Below are positions 24,296 through 34,990 of a DNA stretch of 64,000 nucleotides, piece by piece; position 1 is the stretch's first letter; every line of letters begins with the position of its first letter. The position numbers were made by a program, and so were the translations under genes. Source of the DNA: Calditrichia bacterium (GTDB taxonomy: Bacteria; Calditrichota; Calditrichia; JAJRVZ01); the NCBI GenBank assembly GCA_963777955.1, contig CAVZSQ010000022.1:1-64000 (forward strand), written 5' to 3'. The notes beneath the pieces were generated by a model. That model was not told where the DNA came from, ran no database searches, and was given only the letters and a program-made list of their open reading frames with translations.

Positions 24296-24598
24296 GTGAG
24301 CACCGAGGATCTCGAGCAGTACGAGACCGAGATCGAGCTGCAGCTCTACCGCGAGTACCAGGACGTCTGCCCGATGTTCCGGTACGTCGTCGAGACCGAG
24401 CGTCGCTTCTACCTGGCCAACGAGGTCAACCAGACCGTGCTCGACGAGGGTGGCCGCACCCGGGTCGAGCTCGAGCTGCGCGACGCCTGGGTCTGGGACA
24501 TGTACCGCCAGACCCGGTTCGTCAGCCACGTCCGGGTCGTCACGTTCAAGGACGTCAACGTCGAGGAGCTCCCGCGCGACGAGCTGGGGCTGGGTGAG
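24296..24598 (+). CDS. DUF2469 family protein (end approximate)
   Basis: [21 protein letters not shown]...[13 protein letters not shown]...DAWVWDMYR...[11 protein letters not shown]. Confidence 0.88.
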
Positions 24599-24610
24599 CG
24601 GTCGCCAGGG

Positions 24611-24960
24611 GTGACCGCCGGCCGGCGGGCACTGGGCGCCCGGGGCGAGGCGCTGGCGGCCGCGCTGGTACGAGGCGCCGGGGCTACGAGGTGGTCAGCC
24701 GCAACTGGCGCTGCCGCGACGGCGAGCTCGACCTCGTGCTGGCCCACGGGCCGCACGCTCGTGTTCTGCGAGGTCAAGACCCGCAGCTCGAACGCCTACG
24801 GCACCCCGGCCGAGGCCGTCACCCGCACCAAGCAGCTGCGCCTGCGCCGCCTCGGCGATGCGCTGGCTCGACGAGCACGACGTCAGCCCCGGCCGGGGTG
24901 CGCTTCGACGTGGCCTGCGTGGTCGGCAACGACGTCGACGTGATCGAGTCGGCGTTCTGA
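24611..24960 (+). CDS. yraN: YraN/UPF0102 family protein (frameshifted)
   Basis: [30 protein letters not shown]...[19 protein letters not shown]. Confidence 0.88.
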
Positions 24961-24977
24961 GCCCGCGCCGGCCGGTC

Positions 24978-25616
24978 TCAGCCGGGCGCGAGCAGGCGCA
25001 CGACGGCGGCGGTGAGCTCGGGCTCGACCCGGTCGTCGTCGAGGAGCTCGCGCAGGTGGGTGATCGACGCCGCGCCGAGGAGCACGTCGACCAGGGCGGC
25101 GGGCCCGGGGCCGGCCGTGGCCAGCTCGGGCTCGAACCACCGGCGCACCTGCTCCTGGAGCCGGTCGATGCGCAGGGCGAGCAGGGCGGCCCCGAGCTGG
25201 CTGCTGGGGGCGAGGCGCTCGACCGAGCGGGTGAGCGGGGCGGTGCGGTCGGCGAGCTCGACCCGGAGGGCGACCAGGGCGGCGGCCCGCGTCGGGAGGT
25301 CGCCGTCGGGCGGGGTGATCACCAGGCAGTGGGCGATCCGGGGGAAGACCTCGGTGGCGACGGCCCCGAACAGGGCGTCGCGGTCGGGGAAGTACCGGAA
25401 GATCGTGCGCTCGGACACCCCACTGGCCTCGGCGATGTCGGCGAAGGTCGGCACCGGGTTGCCGGCGTCGACCAGCTCGATGGTGGCGGCGACCACGGCG
25501 GCCCGGCCTCGCTCGGCCCGCAGCCGGCGGCCGTCGATGACGGGCTCGGCGGCGCCGCGCGCCTCGAGGGCGGCGATCAGCACGTCGGTCGGCTCGCTGG
25601 CGTCGGTGGTGGCCAT
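24978..25616 (-). CDS. TetR/AcrR family transcriptional regulator
   Basis: DGRRLRAERGRAAVVAA...PTFADIAEASGVSERTIFRYF HTH. Confidence 0.9.
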   Translation of the reverse strand: MATTDASEPTDVLIAALEARGAAEPVIDGRRLRAERGRAAVVAATIELVDAGNPVPTFADIAEASGVSERTIFRYFPDRDALFGAVATEVFPRIAHCLVITPPDGDLPTRAAALVALRVELADRTAPLTRSVERLAPSSQLGAALLALRIDRLQEQVRRWFEPELATAGPGPAALVDVLLGAASITHLRELLDDDRVEPELTAAVVRLLAPG

Positions 25617-25737
25617 TGCCGCCCGACGCTACCGGCTCGCCGGGCGGTGGTCCGATGACGCGACCTGTCGCCTCGGTGCCCGGGCCGCGTGCGGCCCGTG
25701 GGCGGCCTAGGGTCGCCACCGGACCGGGGAGGGTGCC

Positions 25738-26566
25738 GTGGCGACGAGCGGGCAGGAACCGATCATCGACGTGCTGGAGCAGGTGTGGGCGTCGACCTTC
25801 GAGGCCACCGAGGGTCTCGACGAGGCCGAGTGGGCCCGCCCGTCCGAGCTCCCGGGCTGGACGGTGAAGGACTGCCTGAGCCACGTGGCCACGGTCGAGT
25901 CCAACTTCCTCGGCGAGCCCACCGAGAGCGTCCCGGTCTCGCACCTGCCCCACGTGTCCGACCCCGTTCCAGGAGGCCATGGAGGTCGGGGTCGAGGCCT
26001 GGCGGCCGCTCCCCGGCTCGGAGGTCCGCGCCCGTTTCGGCGACATCTACCCCCGGCGGGTGGCCCAGCTGCGGGCGATGACCGCCGAGCAGATGGAGGC
26101 ACCGAGCTGGTCGCCGATCGGCGAGGTGCCCTACCGCGACTTCATGGTCGTGCGGGCCTTCGACTGCTGGATGCACGAGCAGGACATCCGTCGGGTGCTC
26201 GACCGGCCCGGCGATCTGGCGGGTCCGACCGTCGAGCCGGTCCTGCAGCGCTTCCGTGCGGCTCTCGGGGTGATCGTCGGGAAGCGGGCCGGGGCGCCCG
26301 AGGGCACCGGTCCTCGTGATCCGGACCACCGGGCCCACCGAGGTCGCCTGGGCCGTGGTCGTGGAGGGCCGGGCATCGGTGCGTCGAGGTCGACCAGCTC
26401 GACCGGCCCGCCCGACACCGTGATCACCCTGCCGTTCGAGGCGTTCGTGGCCCTCGGTGGTGGGCGCTGGGACCGTGCCCGGGCCGAGGCCGCGGGCGGG
26501 GTGGTGTACGAAGGCGACGCCGAGCTCGGCCGTGCGGTGCTCGACCACATGGCGTTCACGCCCTGA
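25738..26566 (+). CDS. Maleylpyruvate isomerase (MDMPI)-family mycothiol-dependent enzyme (one frameshift)
   Basis: WARPSELPGWTVKDCLSHV...RAFDCWMHEQDIRR metal-binding signature. Confidence 0.85.
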
Positions 26567-26747
26567 CCAGGGCCTTGCTCCCGCCTCTCACGGAGGGCGG
26601 AGGGGGCCTGTCGCCGGGTGGACGGGTCGACTTTGCCGGAACTTTGCCTCCGCCCAACCTCCCGCTGTGATTGACCTCGCAATGATGTGGCCCATACGAA
26701 CCGGGCTGTGACCGCACCCGGGGACCACGACCTTCTGGGAGGAAGTC

Positions 26748-27262
26748 ATGGCAGCAGAGTTCGCCAAGCGCAAGATGATCGTCGCCGCCGCCGTCGGGGG
26801 CGCCGCGCTCCTGTTGGGTGGTGTCGCCGTGGCGGCCGCTCAGAGCGACGACGGCCCGAGCCTGCGCCCGGCCGCCGTGGAGGACACCACCACGACCGTC
26901 ACCGTCGAGGAGACCACGACGATCGTCACGGTCGAGGACACCACCACGACCACCCCCGTCGGCGACACCACCGGCACCGACCGTCGATCTCCGGGGCGAC
27001 GGCACCGTCGACGACCACGGTGTCGACGATGACGACGACGACGACTGCCTGCGGGGCGACGGCACCGTCGACGACGACTGCGACTCCGTCACCGGCTCCA
27101 CCATCGACGACCACGGCGGCGACCGTGATGACGACGATGACGCACGACGACGAGGTCGAGGACGACCACTCGGACCGTCACGACGACTCCGGCTACCGAC
27201 AGCGACTCCGACTCCGACTCGACGACGACGACCGCAGCGGCTCGAACTCCGGCCGCGGCTGA
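26748..27262 (+). CDS. Secreted low-complexity Thr-rich / Asp-His-rich protein
   Basis: RBS GGAGG; signal peptide; EDTTTTV repeats; RGDGTVDD twice; DDHG; poly-Asp; ends RSGSNSGRG. Confidence 0.65.
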
Positions 27263-27310
27263 CACGACCCGATCGGTGGGAGCGGGCCGGCCAGGCCCTA
27301 GCGTTTCGGG

Positions 27311-27972
27311 ATGGCCGACCGCTCCGACATCGAGTTCTTCTTCGATCCGATCTGCCCGTTCGCCTGGATCACCAGTCGATGGATCACCGACGTGGCGCCC
27401 CTCCGGGGCGCCACTGTCGCGTGGCGCTTCATCTCCCTCGCGGTGGTGAACGAGGGCAAGGACTACGCCACCGAGTTCCCGCCGGCCTACCCCGTGCTGC
27501 ACGGCCTCGGGCGCGACCTGCTGCGGGTGGCCGCCGCCGCCCGTGTGGCGGGCGGCAACGAGGCGGTGGCGGCGTTCTACACGGCGGCCGGGCAGCAGCT
27601 GCACGTCGGTGGGGTCAACGTGGGCCTCTGGAAGGGCGAGCCGGTGCCCGGAGGGCCTGGTCGCCGGCATCGTCGCCGACGCCGGCCTCGACCCGGCCCT
27701 GGCCGACGGCGGCCGGCGACACCTCCTTCGACGGCGTGCTCCGCGACGAGACCGAGCTCGCCCTGTCCCGCACCGGCCCCGACGTCGGCACGCCGATCCT
27801 GACCTTCGACCCGGGCCAGGCCACCGAGAGCTCGCTCTTCGGGCCGGTCATCTCGAAGGCGCCCAGGGGCGAGGACGGGCTCGAGCTGTTCGACGCCGTG
27901 CGCACCCTGGCCCGCACCCACACCTTCGCCGAGCTGAAGCGCTCGATGCGCGACCCGATCGAGTTCGACTGA
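27311..27972 (+). CDS. DsbA-like / Rv2466c-type mycothiol-dependent reductase family protein
   Basis: FFFDPICPFAWITSRW...WRFISL...GPDVGTPIL...FGPVISKAP...FAELKRS. Confidence 0.82.
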
Positions 27973-28241
27973 TGGCCGACGTCCGCGGATGTCGAGCCGC
28001 GGCCGAGCGCCCGGTCCCGGTCGTGCTGTGGCGGCCCGGGTGCGGGTTCTGCCGCATCCTGTTCTCGGGGCTCGAGCGCCACGGCGTCGCCCACACCCGG
28101 GTGAACATCTGGGAGGACGCCGGCGCCCGTCGCATGCTCAACGACCGCATCGGCTCGGAGACCGTGCCGAGCGTCCTCATCGGCGACGCCATCATGGTGA
28201 ACCCGTCGGTCGTCGACCTGATCGAGCGGCTCGAGGCCTGA
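27972..28241 (+). CDS. Glutaredoxin/mycoredoxin-like protein
   Basis: WRPGCGFC...VNIWED...ETVPSV...NPS; TGATG-coupled to the previous gene. Confidence 0.8.
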   Translation: MADVRGCRAAAERPVPVVLWRPGCGFCRILFSGLERHGVAHTRVNIWEDAGARRMLNDRIGSETVPSVLIGDAIMVNPSVVDLIERLEA

Positions 28242-28247
28242 GCGCGG

Positions 28248-29256
28248 GTGTCCTCGTCGGTGCGGTGGTGGCGCGCCTCCTCGCGAGCGGCGCTCGTCGT
28301 CGCGCTCGGCCTGGCGGCGGCCTCCTGCAGCGGCGGGTCGGGCGACTCGGCGGCGTCGGCGCCCCCGAGCCCACCGACGCGACGGTCACCCGGCCGGAGC
28401 CGGGCCCGGCGGAGGTGCTCTGCGCCGCCCGCCCGGTCGAGGCCCCGGGCACGGTCGTCGCCGACCGACCTCGTCGAGACCTCGGGCATCGTCGCCAGTC
28501 GCACCCGGCCGCGGTGCTCTGGGCCCACAACGACTCCGGCGGTGGGGCCGAGGTGTTCGCCGTGGGCCTCGACGGGTCCGACCAGGGCCGGGTCGAGCTC
28601 GACGGAGCCGACGCCGTCGACTGGGAGGACATCGCCCTCGCTCGCCGGCGCCGACGGCGGGCCCGACCGGCTGCTGGTCGCCGACATCGGCGACAACCCG
28701 GGCGGCGGCGCGCGGACCACCGCACCCGTCCGCCTCTACCGGCTCGACGAGCCCGCCGCCCCCGGGCCCGGCGCCATCGGCTCGGCCGGGCCCGTCACCT
28801 CCGTCGACCTCACCTACGCCGACGGGCCCCGTGACGCCGAGGCCCTGCTCGCCGATCCGCTCACCGGCGACGTGTTCGTGGTGTCCAAGCAGTGGGACGG
28901 CTCGGGGGCGGGGGTGTACGTCGTGCCGGCCGCCGCCGCCGTCTCGCGCCGCGGCGCCGGCGCCGGTCACCATGGCCCGGGTCGCGACGGTGGCCGGCAC
29001 CGAGGGCCGCCTGGTCACGGGTGGCGACGTGTCGGCCGACGGTCGGGTCGTGGTCCTGCGCACCTACACCGACGTGACCGTGTGGGAGCGCGACCCGTCG
29101 CGCTCGGTGGCCGAGACCCTCAGCGGCGCTCCGACCTGCCGCGTCCCCGTGATCGAACGCCAGGGTGAGGCCGTGGCCGTGCTGGCCGACGGGTCGGGGC
29201 TCGTCACCGTCTCCGAGGGTGAGGGCGCCGCGGTGCTGGTGCGCCGCACACCCTGA
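28248..29256 (+). CDS. Putative lipoprotein with beta-propeller-like motifs, unknown function (frameshifted)
   Basis: LAAASC lipobox; ETSGIVAS, WAHNDSG, DWEDIA, ADIGDN, YADGPRDAEAL, TGGDVS, QGEAV. Confidence 0.65.
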
Positions 29257-29269
29257 ACCGTGAGCCGGC

Positions 29270-30211
29270 TCAGGGCTCGAGCACGACCTTGATGGCGCCG
29301 GCCGCCCGGTCGGAGGCCACGGCGAAGGCCTCGGTGGCGGCGTCGAGCGGGAAGCGGTGGGTGATGATCGTGCCGGGCAGCTCGGGTCGTGCCGCCAGCA
29401 TGGCCGCGGCGACGTCGATGTCACGCGAGGGCCCCGAGCGGTTGTACATGACGGCCGGCACGAGCGTGATCTCCTTCATGGTGACCTCGAGGCCGGGCAG
29501 CTCGACCGTGCCGTCCCAGTAGCTGGCCAGCAGCACCACGGTGCCGCCGGGCCGACAGCGTCGCACCGCGTCGGCCAGCGCCGAGGCCGTGCCCGCGGCC
29601 TCGATCACGACGTCGTAGCCGTCGCCGGGCTCGCCGGCGCCGAGGCGGGCAGCTGCCTCCCTCTGGCGGTCGTGGCGGGCGACGAGGTCGACCGTCGCTC
29701 CGGCGGCCTGGGCGGCCACCAGCGCGGTCTGCCCGATGGTGCCGCCCCCGATGACGGCCACGCGGTCGCCGCCGGTGATGCCGCCGCGCCGCACGCCGTG
29801 GACGGCGACGGCGAGGGGCTCGACCAGGCAGCCGTCGGAGACCGCCACCCCTGTCGGCAGCGGGCTGAGCGCGGAGACGGGCACGAGGCACTCCTCGGCC
29901 ATGCCGCCGTCGTGGCCGACGCCGAACACGATGCCGGGGCCGAGGACACAGCGGTGGTAGTCGCCGGCGACGCACGACGGGCACTCGCCGCAGGGGTCGA
30001 GGGGCTCGACGGCGACGGCCCGGCCGTCGGGCAGGAGCCCGGCGAACTCGTGGCCGAACGTGAGCGGCAGGCCCATGGGGAGCAGGTGGAGGTCGGAGCC
30101 GCAGATGCCGGCCGACGCCACCTTCACCACCACGGCGTCGACGTCGTCGCTGCTCGGCCGGGGCACGTCGACGACGCGCGCCTGACCCTCGATGCACCGC
30201 ACTGCTCTCAT
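29270..30211 (-). CDS. Zinc-binding alcohol dehydrogenase (MDR family)
   Basis: GICGSDLH, GHEFAG, CGECPSC...C, VEPLAVAVH, GGGTIG. Confidence 0.92.
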   Translation of the reverse strand: MRAVRCIEGQARVVDVPRPSSDDVDAVVVKVASAGICGSDLHLLPMGLPLTFGHEFAGLLPDGRAVAVEPLDPCGECPSCVAGDYHRCVLGPGIVFGVGHDGGMAEECLVPVSALSPLPTGVAVSDGCLVEPLAVAVHGVRRGGITGGDRVAVIGGGTIGQTALVAAQAAGATVDLVARHDRQREAAARLGAGEPGDGYDVVIEAAGTASALADAVRRCRPGGTVVLLASYWDGTVELPGLEVTMKEITLVPAVMYNRSGPSRDIDVAAAMLAARPELPGTIITHRFPLDAATEAFAVASDRAAGAIKVVLEP

Positions 30212-30276
30212 GTGGTCCCCCTCGTCGGTCGGGGGGATCGTAGATGCGCCGATGTCGGGCCGAGTGGCCCGGGAGC

Positions 30277-30750
30277 TCAGGAGGGGTCGACCTGCTGGGC
30301 GAGGAACAGGGCCTCGCCGAGGGACGCCACCAGGGCCAGCTGGGTCTCGAGCCAGTCGGCGTGCTCTTCCTCGCCCTCGAGGATGTGCTCGAGGAGGTCG
30401 CGGCTGCCGTGGTCGCCGCGGTCGTAGCAGAGCTCGATGCCGCGGGTGAGGCGCTCGATGGCCTCCTTCTCGACGTCGAGGGCCAGCTGCAGCTTCTCGG
30501 GGACGTCCTCGCCGACCCGGACGGTGCCGAGGCGCTGGAGGTTCGGCACGCCGTCGAGGTAGAGGATCCGCTCGATGAGGGCTTCCGCGTCCTTCATCTC
30601 GTCGATCGACTCGTGCTTGAACTTGGCACCGAGCTTGTCGAGGCCCCAGTTGTCGCACATCTTGGCGTCGATGAAGTACTGGTTGATCGCCGTGAGCTCG
30701 GCGGTCAGGACCTCGTTGAGGATCTCGATGACGTCGGCGTGTCCTTGCAT
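30277..30750 (-). CDS. bfr: Bacterioferritin
   Basis: [16 protein letters not shown]...ESIDEMKDA...[11 protein letters not shown]...[12 protein letters not shown]. Confidence 0.95.
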   Translation of the reverse strand: MQGHADVIEILNEVLTAELTAINQYFIDAKMCDNWGLDKLGAKFKHESIDEMKDAEALIERILYLDGVPNLQRLGTVRVGEDVPEKLQLALDVEKEAIERLTRGIELCYDRGDHGSRDLLEHILEGEEEHADWLETQLALVASLGEALFLAQQVDPS

Positions 30751-30877
30751 GAGGGGCTCCAGGGTTCAGGGCGGGGGGCCCGCAGGCGTGGCGCCAGCGT
30801 AGGCCCTGGCCGATGGGGCGCGACGCGTCGACGGCGTCTCGCGGATTCGGTCGGCGTCGGCGCGGCGACCGTGGGGA

Positions 30878-31093
30878 TCAGGCGGCGCTGCCGACGCGGG
30901 GACGGATGCCGTAGACGGCCTCCGTCGGCACGCCGAGGCGGCGGGCGACGGTCTCGGCCACGACCGGCAGGCACCCGCCGCAGTCGGTGCCCACGCCACA
31001 GATGTCGGAGACCTCGGGGACTGACCGGGCGCCGTCGTCGACGGCCGCCTCGATGTCCTTGTGGTTCACCACCTTGCAGTGGCAGACGATCAC
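30878..31093 (-). CDS. bfd: Bacterioferritin-associated ferredoxin (2Fe-2S)
   Basis: VIVCHCKVV...CGVGTDCGGC, directly upstream of bfr. Confidence 0.88.
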   Translation of the reverse strand: MIVCHCKVVNHKDIEAAVDDGARSVPEVSDICGVGTDCGGCLPVVAETVARRLGVPTEAVYGIRPRVGSAA

Positions 31094-31145
31094 GTGACCT
31101 CCCGAATGCCGGAGGTGGTTCCCCCGGCCGCTCCGAAACGTGGGC

Positions 31146-31159
31146 TTAGGTTGCCCTAA
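31146..31159. promoter_or_regulatory. IdeR/DtxR-like iron box 1 (TTAGG-N4-CCTAA)
   Basis: TTAGGTTGCCCTAA palindrome ~55 bp upstream of bfd. Confidence 0.65.
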
Positions 31160-31221
31160 CACCGAGGATACGTCAAGCCGACCTTCGGCCCCACCCGGGG
31201 TTGCCAAAGGTCCCGGGTGGA

Positions 31222-31239
31222 TGTTAGGAATGCCTAACA
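31222..31239. promoter_or_regulatory. IdeR/DtxR-like iron box 2
   Basis: TGTTAGGAATGCCTAACA inverted repeat. Confidence 0.65.
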
Positions 31240-31327
31240 CCGGGCCCGGGTCGTCCGCCGTTGAGGGGCGGCCGGTCGACCCGGGCCGAGGTGTCGTGAC
31301 CGCCTCGTGGCGAGACGAACTCCCTGG

Positions 31328-31873
31328 TCAGCCGGGCGGGAGCTCGGCCAGGAGGGTGTACAGCGGGTCGTCGGGGCCACGACGGCTGGGGGTGTGGTCC
31401 TCGGGCGTCGGCCACCGGTTGCCCTCGGCGAGGGCGGTGACCCACTCGGTGGTGGCGATGCGCCGGGCGATCAGCCACGGGCCGCCGTCGCGGCGCTCGA
31501 GCCGGTCGAGGTAGCGGAACCCGACGGTCAGGTTGCGCCTGGGGTCGGGGTCGTCGCTGCGGTGGTGGGAGATGCCGTAGGTCTCGGCCACCGCCACGTC
31601 GCCCGAGATGGTGGCCAGGTGGTTGGCCACGAGGTGCATGGTGGCGTCGTAGCGGGCGAGCAACCGGAACGCCCAGGTCACGAACTCGTCGATGGTGCCG
31701 TCGAACGAGCCGTGGGTGTCGGTGGCGTCGGGGTGGTAGCAGCCGCGGACCAGGGCCTCGTCGAGGCGGTCGATGCCGCGGCAGTACCGCAGGATGACCT
31801 CGTGCACGGCCTGCTTGTCGAGCAGTTCGGCGAGAGCGGCGGGGTCGGGCGCGGCAGGTGAGGGAACGGTCAC
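31328..31873 (-). CDS. SnoaL-like / NTF2 family protein
   Basis: LLDKQAVHEVILRYCRGIDRLD...YHPDA...TMHLVAN...RYLDRLERRDG.WLIARR. Confidence 0.85.
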   Translation of the reverse strand: MTVPSPAAPDPAALAELLDKQAVHEVILRYCRGIDRLDEALVRGCYHPDATDTHGSFDGTIDEFVTWAFRLLARYDATMHLVANHLATISGDVAVAETYGISHHRSDDPDPRRNLTVGFRYLDRLERRDGGPWLIARRIATTEWVTALAEGNRWPTPEDHTPSRRGPDDPLYTLLAELPPG

Positions 31874-31972
31874 GTCTACGGAGCGTAGGTTCCTGGTATC
31901 AACAAGTGGGTCTCCACGGCGGGGGATCGGGCACCAGGCCCGACCCGCACGCCTCGGGCCCGAAGGTTCTCC

Positions 31973-33523
31973 GTGTCCTCTCCCACCGCAACCAGCGCCT
32001 CGTCCGGCGTGCTCACCCTCACCCGCCGCGCCGCGGGCTCGGCGTGGGCCGCGGTCGCCGCGCTCCCGTGGGGGGCGCAGCTGGTGGCCGTGCTCGCCGC
32101 CGCGACGGTGATCGCCCGCTCGCCCGGGCTGCTCTACAACGGGATCTTCGATCGCGACGAGGCCTACCTGAGCGTGATGGGCGACGTCATGCGGGGCGGC
32201 GGCACCCTCTACGTCGACGTCATCGACCGCAAGCCGCCCCTCGTCCCGCTCGCCTACGAGCTGGCCCGCAGCCTCAGCGTCGACATGCGGATGGTCCGGC
32301 TGCTCTGCGCCCTCGCCGTGCTGGTCAACGGCGTGCTCGTCGCCCTGCTGGTGCGGCGCCTCGCCGACAGCCGCAACGCCGCCCTCGCCGGCGGCGTGCT
32401 GGCCGTGCTCGGCACCGCCTGGTTCCTGCCCGCCGACGCCCAGGCCGCCAACTTCGAGCTCTGGGGCCTCGCCCCCGCCACCGGCGCGGTGCTGGCCGCG
32501 GTCATGGCACGCGGCAAGGGGGCCGCGGCCTGGCGGTGGTTCCTCGCCGCCGGTGCGCTCGTCGCCGTGGCGGCCCATGCCAAGCAGCCGTACATCGCCG
32601 CCGGCCTGCCCGTGGCGTTCGAGGCGGTGCGGGCCCACACCGGCCGACGCCGCAACCTCGTGGCCGGCGCGGCCGGTGCCGTGCTCGCCACCCTCCCGCT
32701 GCTCGTGCTCGTCGACCTGGGCTCGCTGTGGCGCTGGGCCTGGGCCGACAACGGCGACTACCTCGACGGAGGGCTGTCCACCGCCCGGGCGCTGGGCGTC
32801 GGCCTCGGGCTCACCGTGGTGTTCCTCTGCTTCCACCTGCCGCTGCTCTACGGCTTCTGGGCGGCGGCCACCCGTCGGGTGAAGCTCGACCCCACGGTGC
32901 TGGTGTGGGCCCTCGCCTCGCTGGTGGTCATCCCGCTCGGCCTGCGCTTCTTCGGCCACTACTACCAGCAGCTGGTGCCGCCTCTCGCGGTGCTCTCCGG
33001 CGTCGCGCTGGCCACGGCCTCCCGATGGGCGTGGCGGGTGGTGGGGGCGGCCGCGGCCGTCGCCACGGTCGTGCTGCTCGTGGTGTCGTTCGCCCACCGA
33101 CCCGACCTCACGAACTACACCGCGCTCGGTCGCTACGTGCAGCGCACCACGGCGCCCGACGACCGCATCCTCGTCTGGGGTGCCCTCCCCGACGTGTACG
33201 TCTCGGCCCAGCGTCAGCCCGCCGGCGTGTTCCTCCACGACGGCTACCTCACGGGCAACTGGGCCAGCCGTTCGACCGTGCTCGACCCGGCGGTCGTGGC
33301 CGAGGAGCCCTTCCGCGAGCGGTGGGAGCTGTTCTTCGAGGATGTCGCCGCCGATCCGCCGGAGCTGGTGATCGACGCCGCCCGCCCGGGCACCGACTGG
33401 GCGGCGTACCCACCCAGCCGTTACCCCCTCGGTGCCGTGCTCGAGCAGTGCTACGAGCAGGTCGCCCCGGTCGACGGCCTGCCGATCTGGCGGCGCGACC
33501 ACGTGGCCTGCCCGACACCCTGA
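31973..33523 (+). CDS. GT-C (ArnT/PMT-like) membrane glycosyltransferase
   Basis: DRDEAYL...LYVDVIDRKPPL, many TMs, KQP, FFGHYYQQ. Confidence 0.75.
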   Translation: MSSPTATSASSGVLTLTRRAAGSAWAAVAALPWGAQLVAVLAAATVIARSPGLLYNGIFDRDEAYLSVMGDVMRGGGTLYVDVIDRKPPLVPLAYELARSLSVDMRMVRLLCALAVLVNGVLVALLVRRLADSRNAALAGGVLAVLGTAWFLPADAQAANFELWGLAPATGAVLAAVMARGKGAAAWRWFLAAGALVAVAAHAKQPYIAAGLPVAFEAVRAHTGRRRNLVAGAAGAVLATLPLLVLVDLGSLWRWAWADNGDYLDGGLSTARALGVGLGLTVVFLCFHLPLLYGFWAAATRRVKLDPTVLVWALASLVVIPLGLRFFGHYYQQLVPPLAVLSGVALATASRWAWRVVGAAAAVATVVLLVVSFAHRPDLTNYTALGRYVQRTTAPDDRILVWGALPDVYVSAQRQPAGVFLHDGYLTGNWASRSTVLDPAVVAEEPFRERWELFFEDVAADPPELVIDAARPGTDWAAYPPSRYPLGAVLEQCYEQVAPVDGLPIWRRDHVACPTP

Positions 33524-33550
33524 CGGTCGGCGCCGGGCAGGTCCGGTGGG

Positions 33551-34309
33551 TCAGTCGACGGCGGTGGTGCCGCCGTCGACGATGAACGACTGGCCGGTGA
33601 TGAACGACGCGCCGTGGCTCAGCAGGAAGGCGACGGGCTCGCCGATCTCGCGGGGCTGGCCGAGGCGGCCGAGCGGGGCGCTGGCCTGGAACCCCTCCTG
33701 GACCCCGGGGACCTGGAGGGCGGGGGCGAGCATGGGCGTCTCGATGTAGCCGGGGCACACCGCGTTGACGCGCACGCCCTGAGGGCCGAGCTGCTGGGCC
33801 ATCGAGCGCACGGCGCCGAGCATGCCGGCCTTGGACGCGCAGTAGGCGGGGATGGCGGCGTTGCCGATCCAGCCCTCGATGGAGGAGATGCCGACCACGG
33901 CGGAGCCGGGGTTGGCGGTGAGCTCGGGCAGCAGCGCCTGCACCAGCATCGGGAAGGCGGTGAGGTTGATGGAGAGCACGAAGTCCCAGCCCTCGCGGCT
34001 GATCGAGCCGACGGGCTCGGCCAGCACGGTGCCGGCGGCGTGCACGAGGCCGCCGATGGGGCCGACCGCGGCGCGGCTCTGCTCGACGGCGCCCGGGTGG
34101 TTGGCCTCGTCGCTCACGTCGACGCCGAGGCCCACGGCAGCCACGCCGTGGGCGGCGGCGAGGTCGGCGGCCGCGGCGGCGGCCCGGTCGGCGTCGAGGT
34201 CCCAGAGCGCGACCGCCCGGCCCTGCTCGGCGAGCGCGGTGGCGCTGGCCAGGCCGATGCCCGATGCGCCTCCGGTGACGATGACCGCGGTGGTGACGTC
34301 GTTCCCCAT
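33551..34309 (-). CDS. SDR family oxidoreductase
   Basis: [28 protein letters not shown]. Confidence 0.93.
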   Translation of the reverse strand: MGNDVTTAVIVTGGASGIGLASATALAEQGRAVALWDLDADRAAAAAADLAAAHGVAAVGLGVDVSDEANHPGAVEQSRAAVGPIGGLVHAAGTVLAEPVGSISREGWDFVLSINLTAFPMLVQALLPELTANPGSAVVGISSIEGWIGNAAIPAYCASKAGMLGAVRSMAQQLGPQGVRVNAVCPGYIETPMLAPALQVPGVQEGFQASAPLGRLGQPREIGEPVAFLLSHGASFITGQSFIVDGGTTAVD

Positions 34310-34358
34310 GTGTGATCCCCCTGGTGTCGGTGGTGCGGTGCGGTGTGAGCGGGGCCGC

Positions 34359-34940
34359 TCAGCGGCCGGTGGTGTCGAGCTCGTCGAGGTCGGCGAGCAT
34401 CTGGTCGGTGAGGGCGAGCTCGTCCTCGATGCGGCGGCAGGTCCACCGGCCGACGAGGGCCGGGTAGGCCCAGTCCGGTTCGGTGGCCGCGGTGTCGGCC
34501 GACTGGCGGGCGGCTTCGAGTTCGGCCCGGAGCGTGGCCCGGTGGGCCTCGATCTGCTGGCGCAGGCGGTCGGGTGGGGCCATGTGGCCGAGCCAGAGGC
34601 GCAGCATGAGGCCGTGCTTGAGCACGGTGGCCTCGGGGTCGGTCTCGACCTGCCAGCGCTCGAGCGCCTCGCGTCCGGCGGGGGTGATGGCGTAGACCCG
34701 CTTGCCCCGGACGTCGTCGCGGGCGACCACGTGGCTCACCACCAGGCCGAGGCCCTCCAGGCGGCGCAGCTCGGCGTAGATCTGGCTGGTGGCCGGGCTC
34801 CAGTAGAAGAACCGGAGGATGGAGTCGGCCCACTGCTTGATGTCGTAGCCCGAGAGCTCGCGCTCGAAGCTGAGCAGGCCGAGCACCGCCCACGCCGTGG
34901 CGGGGATGGCGGGCAGCTCGTTCCCCTCGTCGGCGCGCAC
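34359..34940 (-). CDS. PadR family transcriptional regulator
   Basis: AVLGLL...SGYDIK...[18 protein letters not shown]...[14 protein letters not shown]. Confidence 0.88.
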   Translation of the reverse strand: MRADEGNELPAIPATAWAVLGLLSFERELSGYDIKQWADSILRFFYWSPATSQIYAELRRLEGLGLVVSHVVARDDVRGKRVYAITPAGREALERWQVETDPEATVLKHGLMLRLWLGHMAPPDRLRQQIEAHRATLRAELEAARQSADTAATEPDWAYPALVGRWTCRRIEDELALTDQMLADLDELDTTGR

Positions 34941-34990
34941 CGGTTCATCCCACCACACGCCTCGTCCACCTTCAACCAGGAGTACTCCGG

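Noticed and set aside
24296..24943. DUF2469-YraN fusion
   Set aside because: Most simply a missed stop caused by an indel near 24595; these are normally separate adjacent genes.
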